Positions 42,480 through 56,324 of a DNA stretch of 64,000 bases are shown here, in pieces. Below the pieces are notes generated by a model. It was not told the DNA's origin, ran no database searches, and worked only from the letters and a program-made list of their open reading frames with translations. The stretch covers positions 1,860,001 through 1,924,000 of the forward strand of contig OX597833.1 of assembly GCA_951406725.2 (NCBI GenBank), written 5' to 3'. Both the position numbers and the translations under genes were made by a program. How positions within the stretch are numbered: the first letter of the stretch is position 1; each line of letters starts with the position of its first letter. Origin of the DNA: Octopus vulgaris. Its lineage: Eukaryota.

Positions 42480-42853
42480 TATACAATAGATTTATCTGAA
42501 ATGAAACAACATAGAGCCTCTCGCGTTGGAGCACTTTAAGAGATGTTGCAAACACACAACGAAATGATGGTAGTTGAAGTAGATGCGTCTGTCCAGACAT
42601 AGATCGATATAATTAGCTAACTCTGTGAGACGGAGGAAAGATTATTTGTAAGCATTGAAATGAAAATCAATTCCGGTTTAACTTCTACAAAACAAAGCTT
42701 TGCTAAAATCTGGAAATGTTTGTACTGCCTTTGCCAAAATTCGATCCTTCCCAAATGTAAAATGTATAAATATAAAATATTGTTGTGTGATTACAATCTG
42801 TGTATGTCAGTGTGTACTCCTTTTCTTATGTCTGCACATATTTGGGAATACGC

Positions 42854-42884
<31 letters not shown>

Positions 42885-42914
42885 CATACATTGCATCCAT
42901 ATGTATATACATAC

Positions 42915-42932
<18 letters not shown>

Positions 42933-42961
<29 letters not shown>

Positions 42962-43129
42962 TGTATGTGTGTATGTCTGTATGTATGTATGTGTGTATGT
43001 GTGTATATATGTATGTATGTATGTATATGTATGTATGTATATGTGTATGTATGTATGTATGTATGTATGTATGTATGTATGTGAGTATGTGTGTATGTAT
43101 GTATGTATATATGTATGTATGTATGTATG

Positions 43130-43162
<33 letters not shown>

Positions 43163-43370
43163 GTGTATGTATATGTGTGTATGTATGTATGTATGTATGT
43201 ATGTATGTATGTGTATGTATGTATGTATGTATGTATGTATGTATGCATGTATGTATGTATGTATGTATATGTATGTATGTATGCATGTATGTATGTATGT
43301 ATGTATGTATATGTATGTATGCATGTATGCATGTATGTATGTATGTATGTATGTATGTGTATGTATGTGC
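42933..43370. repeat. (TATG)n microsatellite
   Basis: Direct inspection. Confidence 0.95.
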
Positions 43371-43489
43371 GTGTGTGTGTATGGGAGTGTGCCAATTTTA
43401 TTATACATCAAGCGATATGAAATTTCGAGGCTCTACTGCGATTATTCAATATCAAGATGATAAATAGTTGTGTACTTTTGCTGTGCGTT

Positions 43490-43539
43490 TACTCCTGCTA
43501 CTCCTACTGCTGCTACTGCTGCTACTACTACTGCTGTTG

Positions 43540-43587
<48 letters not shown>

Positions 43588-43658
43588 TTAATGATAATAA
43601 TAATATTAATAATAATAATATTAACAATAAAAATAATAATAAAACTTATAATAACAGC

Positions 43659-43691
<33 letters not shown>

Positions 43692-43856
43692 AATGATAAT
43701 AATAATAATAATAATAATGATAATAATAATAAGGACAACAATAAGGATGATGATGATGACCATGATGATGACCATGACAACGACAAACACGATCACAACG
43801 ACAAACACGATGACGGCGGTGATTATGGTGGCCGAAAGGGTTATGATGACGATGAC

Positions 43857-43905
<49 letters not shown>

Positions 43906-43933
43906 GTAGAAGTGGTGGTGGTGGTGGTGGTGG

Positions 43934-43998
<65 letters not shown>

Positions 43999-44060
43999 AT
44001 GATGGTGATGATGATGATGATGATGGTGGTGATGATTTGATGATGATGCTGGTGGTGATG
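43490..44060. repeat. Compound trinucleotide microsatellite (CTA/AAT/AAC/GAT/GGT)
   Basis: Direct inspection. Confidence 0.9.
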
Positions 44061-44339
44061 AATTTGGACAACACCTTCGCGACTATAAATAGAATTCGAT
44101 TCGACAAATATAGATTGGCGGTGGTGAAGGTGGTGTTGTTGTGACTGTCGATGCTGGCAATGTCGGCGTCGGTGGTGTTGGTAGTCGTAGTGGCGGATGT
44201 GGAGGTGTCGGAGAAGAGGAAGAGGAATTGTGGGAAACGGCCAGACAGTCCAAATACGTACATGCGGAATGTGTAGATTCACTACAGTGTACGTTCGATT
44301 TTGGTCTATCGAGGCTATAGACGACGAAGTGCATGTGTG

Positions 44340-44427
<88 letters not shown>

Positions 44428-44668
44428 AGAAAAAGTGTGTGTAATGTATACATATTTATTTATATCTATATCTATATATTTATACATATATATACATATA
44501 TATACATGTATATATTGGTGTATACATATAAATATATATACATATATAGATAGATAAATATATGTATATATATATATATATATATAAATATTAAATATTA
44601 GGGAATAAATCCAAATTTACAGGGAAAAAATCAGATTTAGGATTAAATCTAATTTTATAGTAAAATAT

Positions 44669-44827
44669 TATATAATATTAATTAGAGACAAAACCACTAT
44701 TTTGCAAAACAAACAAGGAAAGACTTAATCAATACATAAAATTTTAATAAAAAGTAAAAAATAAAAATTTTATGTATTGATTAAGTCTTTCCTTGTTTGT
44801 TTTGCAAAATAGTGGTTTTGTCTCTAA

Positions 44828-44840
<13 letters not shown>
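44669..44840. repeat. Perfect palindrome, 77-bp arms, in (TA)n
   Basis: 44669-44745 is the reverse complement of 44764-44840; left extension resembles 9322-9410. Confidence 0.9.
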
Positions 44841-44887
<47 letters not shown>

Positions 44888-45204
44888 TATATACATCTAT
44901 ACATAAATACATATATTTTTACACACACACAAACACGTATATATGTGTGTGTGTGTTTAAGGTGTAGTGAATACATTGTCGTTTAAATTACACAAAGATG
45001 AAATCTCATTTCAAAAGATATATTACTTAAATTATTATTTAAATTATATTATTTAAATTACACAAATTATATATTATATATATTTAAATTATATATATTG
45101 AAATTACACAAATTATATTATTTAAATTACACAAAGTTGAGATCTCATTTCAACAGATATATTTACCAAATTTACATAGAAGTATCTTGAAATACTGAAG
45201 AATA

Positions 45205-45655
45205 AATTTATTCGATAAAATAGCCATTCGCATCAACCACAGCCCCCAGACTACTTCGGAATCTCCTGCAACTCTTCTGGACTGTCTCTTTGTTTCAGTT
45301 GGCGAATGCTGCCATAATCCTTGCCTTTAGTTCATCTTTGGTGTTCGAAGAAGTTTTGCTGGTCACTCGCTCAACTGCGCCCTATACATAATCACCAAGG
45401 GGGTTGCAGACTGAAGAGTCAAGTGACCAGATGTTAGTGGTGATGTAGTCGCAGAAATTGTCTGACCACATGACTGGATTCTCCTGCTTGTGTGGGATGG
45501 TGCAGATTCCTGTTGGCGGAAGTACATCCTCCAAGAACTTGTTGTGCGCATCTGTGTTGAGTGTGAGGCCGTGTGGGAAGATGAATGGACGCATTACTTT
45601 GCCATCACTTGCGATCTCTTCAAACACAATGATGTTGACAGGATGTTTCATTTTA
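45205..45655 (-). mobile_element. Tc1/mariner (maT-like) transposase C-terminal half, frameshifted
   Basis: KHPVNIIVF..IASDG.VMRPFIF, QQESAPSHTS, WS.DS..CNPL.DY, NTKDELKARI..CRRFRS.L.AVV.ANG.FIE. Confidence 0.9.
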
Positions 45656-45814
45656 CATGTCTTCAGATTGCGCTGTCCTCAAATTTAATCCAAAAAGACA
45701 CTAAAGTGTACGTATTGGAACTTCCGGCACGAATACCAAGTAGAATTCCATGTCGTTTCCAAAGTTCTGGCAGAGGGAATCGCGTCATGATGCTTTTCTC
45801 ACACACGGTGCCCA

Positions 45815-45945
45815 GCAGAATTTGCAGAAGAGCAAAAGACGAAGAGAGGTGTATGAACAACAAACAGGGGAAGGTGAGGAAGCCTTTTACATTTCGAGCC
45901 TATGGTCTTCAACAGAAAGGAATAAACAAAGAGAAAATAGAAAAA
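45815..45945 (-). mobile_element. HHR-bearing element, diverged copy; hammerhead at 45883-45920
   Basis: Reverse complement: ccttt CTGTTGA A gacc atag gctc GAAA tg TA aaagg; flank matches 40195-40250 and 35940-35985. Confidence 0.7.
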
Positions 45946-46075
45946 AAACTTGTGGATATAGCGTTCAAATATGGCGACTGTTTGGATAAAAAAGCTTTGA
46001 TAAAAGCGGTAGAAAGAAGTGGAGATACACACACAAACATATGTGTGTGTGTGTCTCTCTCTCTCTGTATATATA

Positions 46076-46117
<42 letters not shown>

Positions 46118-47544
46118 TGTGTGTGTGAATGGAGACATATACGAAAATTGAATAGAATAGTTTTAAAATGTTCTAAAATGGCTTAAAGGATTCTTCTGAG
46201 ATATTATTTTATCAGATACAACACACGATAATTGAAGAAGTCACAAAAGAAAAAAAAATTGGAAAACAAGAACAATTAAAATCCAGTAATTTCTAGACTG
46301 CTTTGTGGATATTACGTTATCGATTACATTTTATCTAACATGTACGTATTTAAAGAGATATATTCCTCTCCTACATCTGCGAAGAATACATTTGGTAAAG
46401 AAGGTAAGGAATACAGTTGTTATCATTTGAATCAATCGGAAACACACGGTTCCGTGTTGGACAACATGGAGGACAAAGAGACAACATTAGTCTCACGAAA
46501 GACGAACATGTCTCAACAACATGCAGCTATGTGTACACACACATAGAAATGTACGGGCGCACATATACACACGTATATGAAACACACACACGCACATATA
46601 CTCACACACACATACACACATATATGTAAATATACATACACGGGAATATACAATTTACAAGTGCATATATGTATGTATGCGTGCACATCAATAAATACGT
46701 ATACATATATGTGTGTGTGTTGCGTGTGTATGTATGTGCATGCGAGTGTGCATGTATATATATATGTATATGTATATGTGTATGTATATAGAGCCACTAG
46801 AGTTACATACCTACTTACCCATACACACAAGAATGTATATATATATATATATATATATATTATTATTATTATTATTATTATTATTATCTACACACGCACA
46901 CCGACACATATGTATATATATGTATGTATATATATATATATATGTGTGTGTGTATATTATTATTATCTATATAAATGCACAATAAATATATACATATATT
47001 TGAATCAGCCTAGCTACTGATCTGTTAATACACACATGCACCCACGCACTCATAGACACATGCACACACACTGTGGCCCACACATACACACGCTCATATA
47101 CATATTTGCATGAGAGTATAACGTCGTTGGGATATGTGTTCGTCTTCCGAACATATACGTCTTTGTGCCTTCCTCTGTTTGTGTGTGTGTGTGACTGCGT
47201 ATGAAGTGTGTGTCTGGATACCAGTTTATGTATATATGCATATAGGTTGACACACCCAGGAACACATACACACACGCATACTATTTTGAATATGCATAGT
47301 AGTGTATACGCGATATATTTGCTTCTAATCTCAGTGGGTGTACTCATTAGGGAAGCTCTACACCTACTGACGAGACACAAAGTAGATATGAAATATGCAT
47401 ATACATCTTTTCCTTCTCGTTCTGCCGAACAACGGATGTATTGCACGTAGAGGTAATATATTAAATATATGCATAATGTATTGTATACTACATATAGGCG
47501 TCACGTATTATGTATTATATATACGTTTCACGTTTATATTCAAC

Positions 47545-47911
47545 GGCGTGGGGGCACAATGGCCCAACGGTTAGGGCAGCAGACTCGTGGTCGTGGGATC
47601 ACTGTTTCGATTCCGAGACCAGGCGTTGTGTTTATTGATCGAAAACACCTGAAGTCCCAGCAGAGGTTGGTGGTGAACCCTGCTGTACTCTACCTCTCAC
47701 TCTTTCTTCCTGTTTCTGTTGTACCTGTTTTTTCCAAAAGGCCAGCCTTGTCACACTCTGCGTTACGCTGAATCTCCCCGAGAACTACGTTAACGCCACA
47801 CGTGTACACGTGTCTGTGGAGTGCTCACCCGGTTACACATCAATTTCGCGAGCAAGCTGTTCTGTTGATCGGATCAACTGGAACCCTCGTCGTCGTAACC
47901 GACGGAGTGCC
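47545..47911 (+). mobile_element. SINE family C (diverged)
   Basis: Similarity to 63480-63858. Confidence 0.88.
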
Positions 47912-48220
47912 TCGACGATATTCAACGGAACTTAACAAAGTCGAATAAAATATATGGATACTTTCAATATTGATATCTAGTAACGAAATAAAAAGCTTTA
48001 CACGACATTGATCATGAATACACACACACACACACACAAACACACAAACACACACACACACACAAACACGCGCGCGCACACATATTTTTTTGTATTCGTT
48101 TTGCATGATTCCTGATGTGAAATCGTGACCTGAACCAGATAATGTTATGTTTTGGGTTGGTCTTATTTATATTTTTGCCAGCTAATTGGCAGAAGGAAAA
48201 TATGACTATCCCAAAATATA

Positions 48221-48268
<48 letters not shown>

Positions 48269-48316
48269 ATATATACACACAATATATATACAATAAATAT
48301 ATACACACACACACAC

Positions 48317-48356
<40 letters not shown>

Positions 48357-48359
48357 CAG

Positions 48360-48480
48360 GTTTTTCTTTTTTGTAGAAGAGTGTAGGCTCGAAAACACAA
48401 AACTTATTATTACTGTATTGCAACTTGTTTGTTGTTCTCTTTGTTGTTTGTCTAATTTTATGCATAAATTTTGACCATAT
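48360..48480 (+). mobile_element. Decayed HHR-bearing element copy
   Basis: TTGTAGA A gagt gtag gctc GAAA; (TA)n on both sides. Confidence 0.45.
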
Positions 48481-48505
48481 ACAAATATTAGATATATATA
48501 TATAT

Positions 48506-48561
<56 letters not shown>

Positions 48562-48562
48562 G

Positions 48563-48604
<42 letters not shown>

Positions 48605-48657
48605 TGGATAGATAGATAGAGAGAGAGAGAGATGGATAGATAGATACATAGATAGAT

Positions 48658-48720
<63 letters not shown>

Positions 48721-49903
48721 GATAGATAGACAGATAGATTCATACATACACATACATATAAATATAAATATACATACACACGCACAGGCACACACATACA
48801 CATATATACATTATATGTATATATAGAGAGAGAGGGGGGCTGGGGCGAAATTACATGCATATGTATGAATTAAGTGGGTGTTCATGAACCGAAGCAGTTA
48901 AATTATAATTCTGCTGAGCGAGATATTGAATCAATGAGAGCGCACAATTATTCAACAGGTTGTCGTGTCTATGACTAATAACCATTTCTTTACTGCACTA
49001 AGAAAACTTATTATCAAGTGAGGCCTCAGATATTTCAGCAGTACTTCTACATAATAAATTCCTGCTGACCAAACGAAAATTACCTCTACTGGGAGAAAGA
49101 CCGCCCTCCAGGTATTTTTTCTGCTGGCCCAATTCTGTTAATTCGTATGTTTTACGTCTAATTATTTCTTTGGATAATAATGCTCACTTGTTTAGTAAGT
49201 ATTGCTTTCATTATTTTATCACAGTCATAATCTCGCTTTTTTAAACAAACATCATGGTAGTCCAACAACAGAGGGAGAGGCAGTTTGTCAAGTTTTACCT
49301 TCCCCTCAAAGCAACGTAGAGATTTCAATTGAGCAGCCCCTTTTGTAAGCTTTGCAGTGTGGTGTGTGTGAGAGAGAGAGAGGAGAGAGAGAGAGAGAAG
49401 TAGAGAGAACATTGCAAATACTGAATGAAATAAACATGAAATGAAAATATCTTATAAATAAAAGAGCATCACTACTGATGTATACGCCCCCGACTTTGTT
49501 GCCTCATGACATCCAGAAACATGGATACTTTAACAAAATGTTCTACAAATACCGCTTAGATGTTGTGGCTTCAGTGTATATAGGGATTTATGAGAAAAGA
49601 TTCTCCCGAGGAGTTGGAGTGAGGAGTCTTGGAAAATTTACACGATCTGACTGTTTTCCCTCATAACTTTTAACGAAGATGGGTATCTTTTAAGGAAAAT
49701 TTATACAAAACCTTTTCAAACGTATTGATAATTTCAATATTTTCCCCCATAAACACATTTATATACTATAAAAAAAAAATTAGAAACTATGAATTTTTTG
49801 CAACTCCACTCCCTAACTCCAATTGTTTCTGTTTAGAAGTTAAAATATTGGTGAGCCTAAGAATGTCATTGCTGGGATTTCGCGACAGTGATTTTTAAAA
49901 AAA

Positions 49904-50290
49904 TTACGGAGATGTACTTGCATAGCAAGTGACATGATCTGATGTCGTGTACTGAAGCAAAAACAATTCCAGCGTAGATGTTAGTAAGCCATTCAAGAAC
50001 ACACAGAAACCATTAAATACGATATGAAGTGTAAGGTTCGTTTTAGGGTTGGTTTTTAGGGCTAAGATTAGGGCTAGTCTTAGGGTTAGTTAGGGTTAGA
50101 GTGTCATTACACGTCCACGCAGCTTGCATTTAAAATGTTTTGTACGTAGCACCTGTATTCAACTAGTACCAATTTCACTTCGAAATTTCATTTATATCAA
50201 AATATTTTTCTTCGCTATGGAACCGCGATTTGTTCACTGACAAAACTTTGAAAAATAATGAAACACAAAATTTTGTCAGTGAACAGCGAA
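49904..50290. mobile_element. MITE-like repeat with internal TTAGGG-like tract
   Basis: Shares segments with 60086-60575; terminal hairpin tgttcactgacaaaa/ttttgtcagtgaaca. Confidence 0.55.
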
Positions 50291-50652
50291 CTAACACACA
50301 CACACACACATTCATTGCCTTTCATTTGTGTTTATGTGTATATATGTGTGTGCGCGAGTGAATCGCTGTTGAAGCGCTCGTGCAACTTGTATGTGTATAT
50401 ATTAGCTTAGTGGTACAGAGGGTTAGAAACTGTAAATGACATGTCGAGTACTTCTCGGTAACTTTTGTCTCCTTGTATTCTAATATATGATTTTTTTTAT
50501 TAAAGCTGTAAAAAATATCAGCGCTTTATTGAAATAAACGTATTACTCTACCTTTGGTCGAGAAATATTTCCTCTACGTTGTCTTGCATTTATGTGTGTG
50601 GTATCCCCAGCATGGCCGCAGCCTTCGGGATAGAGTATTTTTAAGGATTTAA

Positions 50653-50714
<62 letters not shown>

Positions 50715-50843
50715 AGAAAGGTTAAGATAAATAATGCTAAAATAATTTTATAAATATTTATAATATTATTAAAAATTATTTTGGCATTTTCTATCTTGAC
50801 TTTTTTCTATATATATATCAACTCGTGTGTTCCTTTTCAACCT

Positions 50844-50933
<90 letters not shown>

Positions 50934-50934
<1 letters not shown>

Positions 50935-51160
50935 TTTATTTAAAGCAGCAGAAAATTCAACAAAACCTGTTACTCTGAGTTTCACGTTGCCGTTCATCGG
51001 ACAGTTTCTAGCAAAAACTGTCCGATGAACGCAACGTGAAACTCAGAGTAACGGGTTTTGTTGAATTTTTTGCTGCTTTAAATAAAGCATATTACTCTAC
51101 CACTGGTATTTGAGTACTCTTTTTTTCCACCTTGTTTCACATTTATGTGTTTACTCCGGT
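50934..51160. mobile_element. Fold-back palindrome (50934-51087) with two divergent hammerheads (50967-51004 minus, 51018-51054 plus)
   Basis: ctgt CCGATGA acg(g)caacgt GAAA ctcagag TA ac(a/g)g in each arm; (TA)n on both sides. Confidence 0.8.
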
Positions 51161-51304
51161 ATATATATATATATATATATCAAATTATGTATGTATATAT
51201 GTTTGTGTATGGGAGGTTTTACATATTTGCGTGGACAGGGGCATACACACACACAAACAAACAAACACGCGCATAGATGTGAGTGTAAGTGTGTGTATAT
51301 GCAT

Positions 51305-51335
<31 letters not shown>

Positions 51336-52121
51336 CCACTTTTTGAAAATATATAATTACGGTATATTTCAACATATGATTGATGGGTTTTTTCCCAGTA
51401 TAATTTTTGGTCTGCCAAAATAGTTTCTATTTTATTTTCGAATAATGGGGGTGGAGGGTGGACCGGTTTACTTTGAACTTTTACAAATATTTTCTTGTAT
51501 TGCTTTTGTTTTAATTAGTGCGATGAAGAAAGATGACTTTTTGAACCTTGCAGGCTCCCTAATCAGATTTGTGAAATTGATGCGAATGTGCTTCAATTTT
51601 GAATAATGTAGGCGTGTGTGTGTGTGCATGTATATATAATTATACGTATATATGTATATATATATATATATATATACATATCTATAAATGTATATGTATG
51701 TATAAACATGTGTGTGCATGTATATATATATGTATATATGTACATGTATATATGTATATATGTATATATATATATACGTATATATGTATATATCTATATC
51801 TATATATATATTTATATATGTATATGTATGTATATGTTTATATGTATATATGTATTTATATGTAAATGTATATTTATATATACATATATATATATATATT
51901 TATTTAATTATATATATATACATATATACAAATTTATATGTATATGTTTATATATGTATTTATAGTAGATATCTATGTATGTATATATGTGTATATAGAT
52001 ATATATTTATATGTATATGTACATATATATATATATGTATATATGTATGTACATGTTTATACATATATATATTTATACATATGCATGTAAGTATATGTAT
52101 ATACATATACATACATACATG

Positions 52122-52180
<59 letters not shown>

Positions 52181-52559
52181 ACACACACATATATGTATAT
52201 ATGCGTGTATTTGTGAACAGAGTATCAAATAAAATGTTTCTATAGACATTGCTTGCCCATCAATGACACAAGAATTCTTCTCAAGATTAATTAATCTCTA
52301 ACTACTGACACCTTATGAAGGGAGGTGAAAGGTTATCTAATCAGAAACGTAATTTGCTCTTCTCAACCAAAGTACATTTCGAAAGTTTGTCTATTTATTC
52401 TGTTTTGTTTCTAGTTTCTATCATTTATCATACATATTTTATTTCATGATGCGTTTTTTTTAACGCATTTAAAATTCAGTTCCTGGCCCTATAGTTGTAG
52501 GGAAGATTCTAAACCCCTGCAGAGTTGATGCCTTTGTACCGTCCCTTCAGGTTTAATGG

Positions 52560-52860
52560 TCATTAGTCTAAAGGCACCATCATCGCTGCCGTTAATGACA
52601 GGGAACATCGACTGCTGTCCAAGTTGAAGACTGCCTGTATCCCGAGATCTAAGGATTTCTTGAATACTATTCCGTAACCTGATACTAACTGCCCACCAGA
52701 TGAATATACCTCGGAGTCATTGAAAATGTGCACGAATACATGATCTCCAGGTATCTCCAGGTATCTTGATGTTGCTAATGTCTCTACCGACTTTAACTCT
52801 TTAAGCAAGTAACCTTGCTTCAAAAGACACCTGCGTTTGTACATTTCCGTACCTGACGCT
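52560..52860 (-). mobile_element. Possible decayed LINE AP-endonuclease segment
   Basis: LLKELKSVETLATS..EIPG..VYSSGG..GYGIVFKKSL resembles the RTE APE N-terminus. Confidence 0.4.
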
Positions 52861-53569
52861 GAATACAGCGACGTCTGTTGAAGAAACAAACAGAAAAGGA
52901 ACGGTCATTCACCTTGGTCTCTTCGTGAGCTGAGAGCGAAGTTTCGAAAAGTATTTACAAATCATTATCGAGAACCGTTAAAGATAAATTTTTTCTTTAA
53001 TTGTCAAGATGAAAGGTCATCTGGACGAAAATTCTGTATGTGCAGCGTTCGAGTTGTGTCTGTTTTGTTGTCGTCCACAATTGGTTTTGCGACAAAATAA
53101 GATCTGTAATTATGGACGTTTCGCGTTGTTGTTTTAAATGCGTTCGTTGCAGAGATTGTGGAGGTTAGATGGATATACTGAGGTCTTAGAGGCCATCTAC
53201 TGCCCCTTGAATAAAGCGGCTTCCATCTTGTGGTAACCATTTCACTTATCTTTCTCTCTCCTGTCAAAGGTTTCTTAATTCCTTCTGGTCACTCGGCAAG
53301 ATTTCGCACTCAGAACGGTTTGTAGGAAAAGGGAAGGCATCGCTGTTATTAATAATAATTATGAAGATGATGTTGATGGCGAAAGGCGCAGGCGTGGCTG
53401 TGTCATAAAATGTTTGCTTCTCAACCACATGGTTCCTGGTTCAGTCCCACTGCTTGGCCACCTTGGACAAGTGTCGTCTACCATAGCCCCGGGCTGACCA
53501 GAGACTTTTGAGTGGATTTGGTGGACGGAAATTGAAAAGATTCTCGTCGTATATATATATATATATATA

Positions 53570-53772
53570 TATATATACCAATTAAGGACTGAACACGAAA
53601 AGTGGACAGTCAACATGCTAGATATAGACGTAAAATCGCCATTCTCCACAAAAGATTATGTTCTCAGATTTGATTTGAGAACATAATCTTTTGTGGAGTA
53701 TGGCGATTTGACGTCTATATCTAGCATGTTGACTGTCCACTTTTCGTGTTCAGTCCTTAATTGGTATATATA
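53570..53772. repeat. Near-perfect ~200-bp palindrome in (TA)n
   Basis: Arms of ~100 bp with about 3 mismatches around a 3-nt loop at ~53670. Confidence 0.92.
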
Positions 53773-53858
53773 AATATTTTAATCTTCGGATTCTTTTTTT
53801 AATATGCTAGACCACTGGTTTTAATTGATAAATATCAATTTCTACCCTTAATTAATTT

Positions 53859-53902
<44 letters not shown>

Positions 53903-53903
<1 letters not shown>

Positions 53904-54110
53904 GGGAAGGTTTACGAAAATAAACAAAAGACGAAGGCAGGTGGAGTACAATCAAACAATTGTATTAGTATGGTGCTCAGGAATAGAAATAAAACAAGTC
54001 TTTTACGTTTCGAGCCTACGCTCTTCGACAGAAAGATACACAGAAAAGAAACAAGGAGAGAAAAAATGAGAGAAAAACAAATGCGTGCAGGAGCTAACGA
54101 TTCAGCAGGG
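53903..54110 (-). mobile_element. HHR-bearing element; minimal hammerhead at 53999-54036
   Basis: Reverse complement: tcttt CTGTCGA A gagc gtag gctc GAAA cg TA aaaga; perfect stems I and II, palindromic ACGT stem III. Confidence 0.8.
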
Positions 54111-54112
54111 CG

Positions 54113-54213
<101 letters not shown>

Positions 54214-54499
54214 TGTGTGTATGTGTGTGTGTGCGTGTGTTTGCCCTGCTACCACACCGGTGCTGGTGTGTTTACGTCCTCGCAATTTAGCGATTCCGTA
54301 ATAAAGGCTGATGGAATACAAGGCTTTTAAAAAATAAACCCTGGGTTCGAACCAATTGATTAAAACACTACAAAATGATGCCCCAGCATGGCCGCAGTCA
54401 AATGACTGAAACAAGTGAAGGATAAAAGAAGAAAAAAAACAAAAAAAATGATACTTTGGAAAATCTTAACGACGACGCTTCAAGTAATTGATTTTCGTT

Positions 54500-55560
54500 T
54501 GAGCACGACGACAACATCGTTGGTGTTGGTCACTAACGGCTACGACGACGACTACGACGACAACCAATACGGTGATGACATCCAAGACAACGACCAATCC
54601 AAAGGCAACTGCTACAACTACAAGCACCACCACCACTTTCATTACCACCACCATCACCATCACCACCATCACCACCACCACCATCCATTACCACCTTCAC
54701 AGCAAACATTCATCTATAGCGTCTCAAGTAGTACCACTGGCCACAGCATCCACCTCCACCATCAATACCAACACCACTTCCAACATCACCCCAACAACAC
54801 CCACCACCACAACCCCCGCCTCAACCATCACCACCACAACCAGCAACAACAACACCACTACCACAATCGCTTTCAAAACCACCACCACCACAACCAGCAC
54901 CACTACCACGACCATCACCAACAACACCACCAATAAGGTCATCACTACTACTACCACCACCATCACGACCACCGCCACCACCACAACTACCACACCCACC
55001 ACAACGACAACCACCACCATCATTAACACCACCACCACCACCACCACCACCATCAACACCACCACAACCAGCACCACCACCACTACTACGACCTCCACGA
55101 CCACCAGTTCTATCACAACCACCACTAACACAATCACCACCATCACAACCACCACCTCCACAGCAACAACCACCACCACCATCACCACCACCGCCATCAG
55201 CAACACTACCACCTCCGCAACGACAACCACCACCACAACCACAATCACAACCACCACCACTACTATGACCTCCACGATCACCAATTCCATCACAACCACC
55301 ACTACCACAATCACTACTGTCACCACCACCACCACCACCACCACCGCCATCACCACCACCATCAGCAGCAGCACTACCACCTCCGCAGCAAAAACCACTA
55401 TTACAACCACTACCACCACCACCACCACCACCGCCATCACCACCACCATCAGCAGCAGCACTACCACCTCCGCAGCAAAAACCACTATTACAACCACTAC
55501 CACCACCACCACCACCACCACCACCACCATCATCATCAAATCCACCGCCACCACCACTAA
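54500..55560. repeat. Degenerate (ACC/ACA/ACT)n low-complexity tract with ~87-bp internal duplication
   Basis: 55340-55425 repeated at 55427-55515. Confidence 0.85.
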
Positions 55561-55776
55561 CATCCTACGACCAGCTCGGCCAACGATGAGGATGATGTCA
55601 ACAGGTAAAGTGCGTACGAAGCGAGCAATTAAAAATGACAAAAATAGCCTCCAGAAAAGATGTCTTGAGATTATTGTTCAGAGAGGTTCGACCGAGTGAA
55701 GAAAGAATCTGATGGCAATTTGACTGGCGGCTATGCGAAGCCATTCTCAAGGATTTCGCCGATATAGGAAGACATA

Positions 55777-55845
<69 letters not shown>

Positions 55846-56324
55846 TCATAACTTTGATTCCTATGTATGAATATGTATAGGTGTGAATGTATATACGTAT
55901 ATGTATATATATATATACATATATATAAGTATATATGTACATCTATTATATATGTATATGTATATATATATATATCTATGTATGTATATATATATGTGTA
56001 TATATATATATATGTATGTATATATATATATGTGTGTATTTATATATATATATTTATATTTATATACATACATATACATACATATACATATATATACATA
56101 CATACATACATACATACATAGCTATATACATATATATTTATGCACGTTGAATATGTTTGTGCGAGATGTGTCATGTATGTGTGTATATATGAATACATAC
56201 ATACATAAGCAAAAATGCTAGGTTTAAAATCTCTAAAATCGTGTGAAATCTGTTCAAATGGACAGCCATATTGAAGTAGCTACGGGCATTACTTATATAT
56301 ATGTTGCATAGGGGTGGGGTGGGG

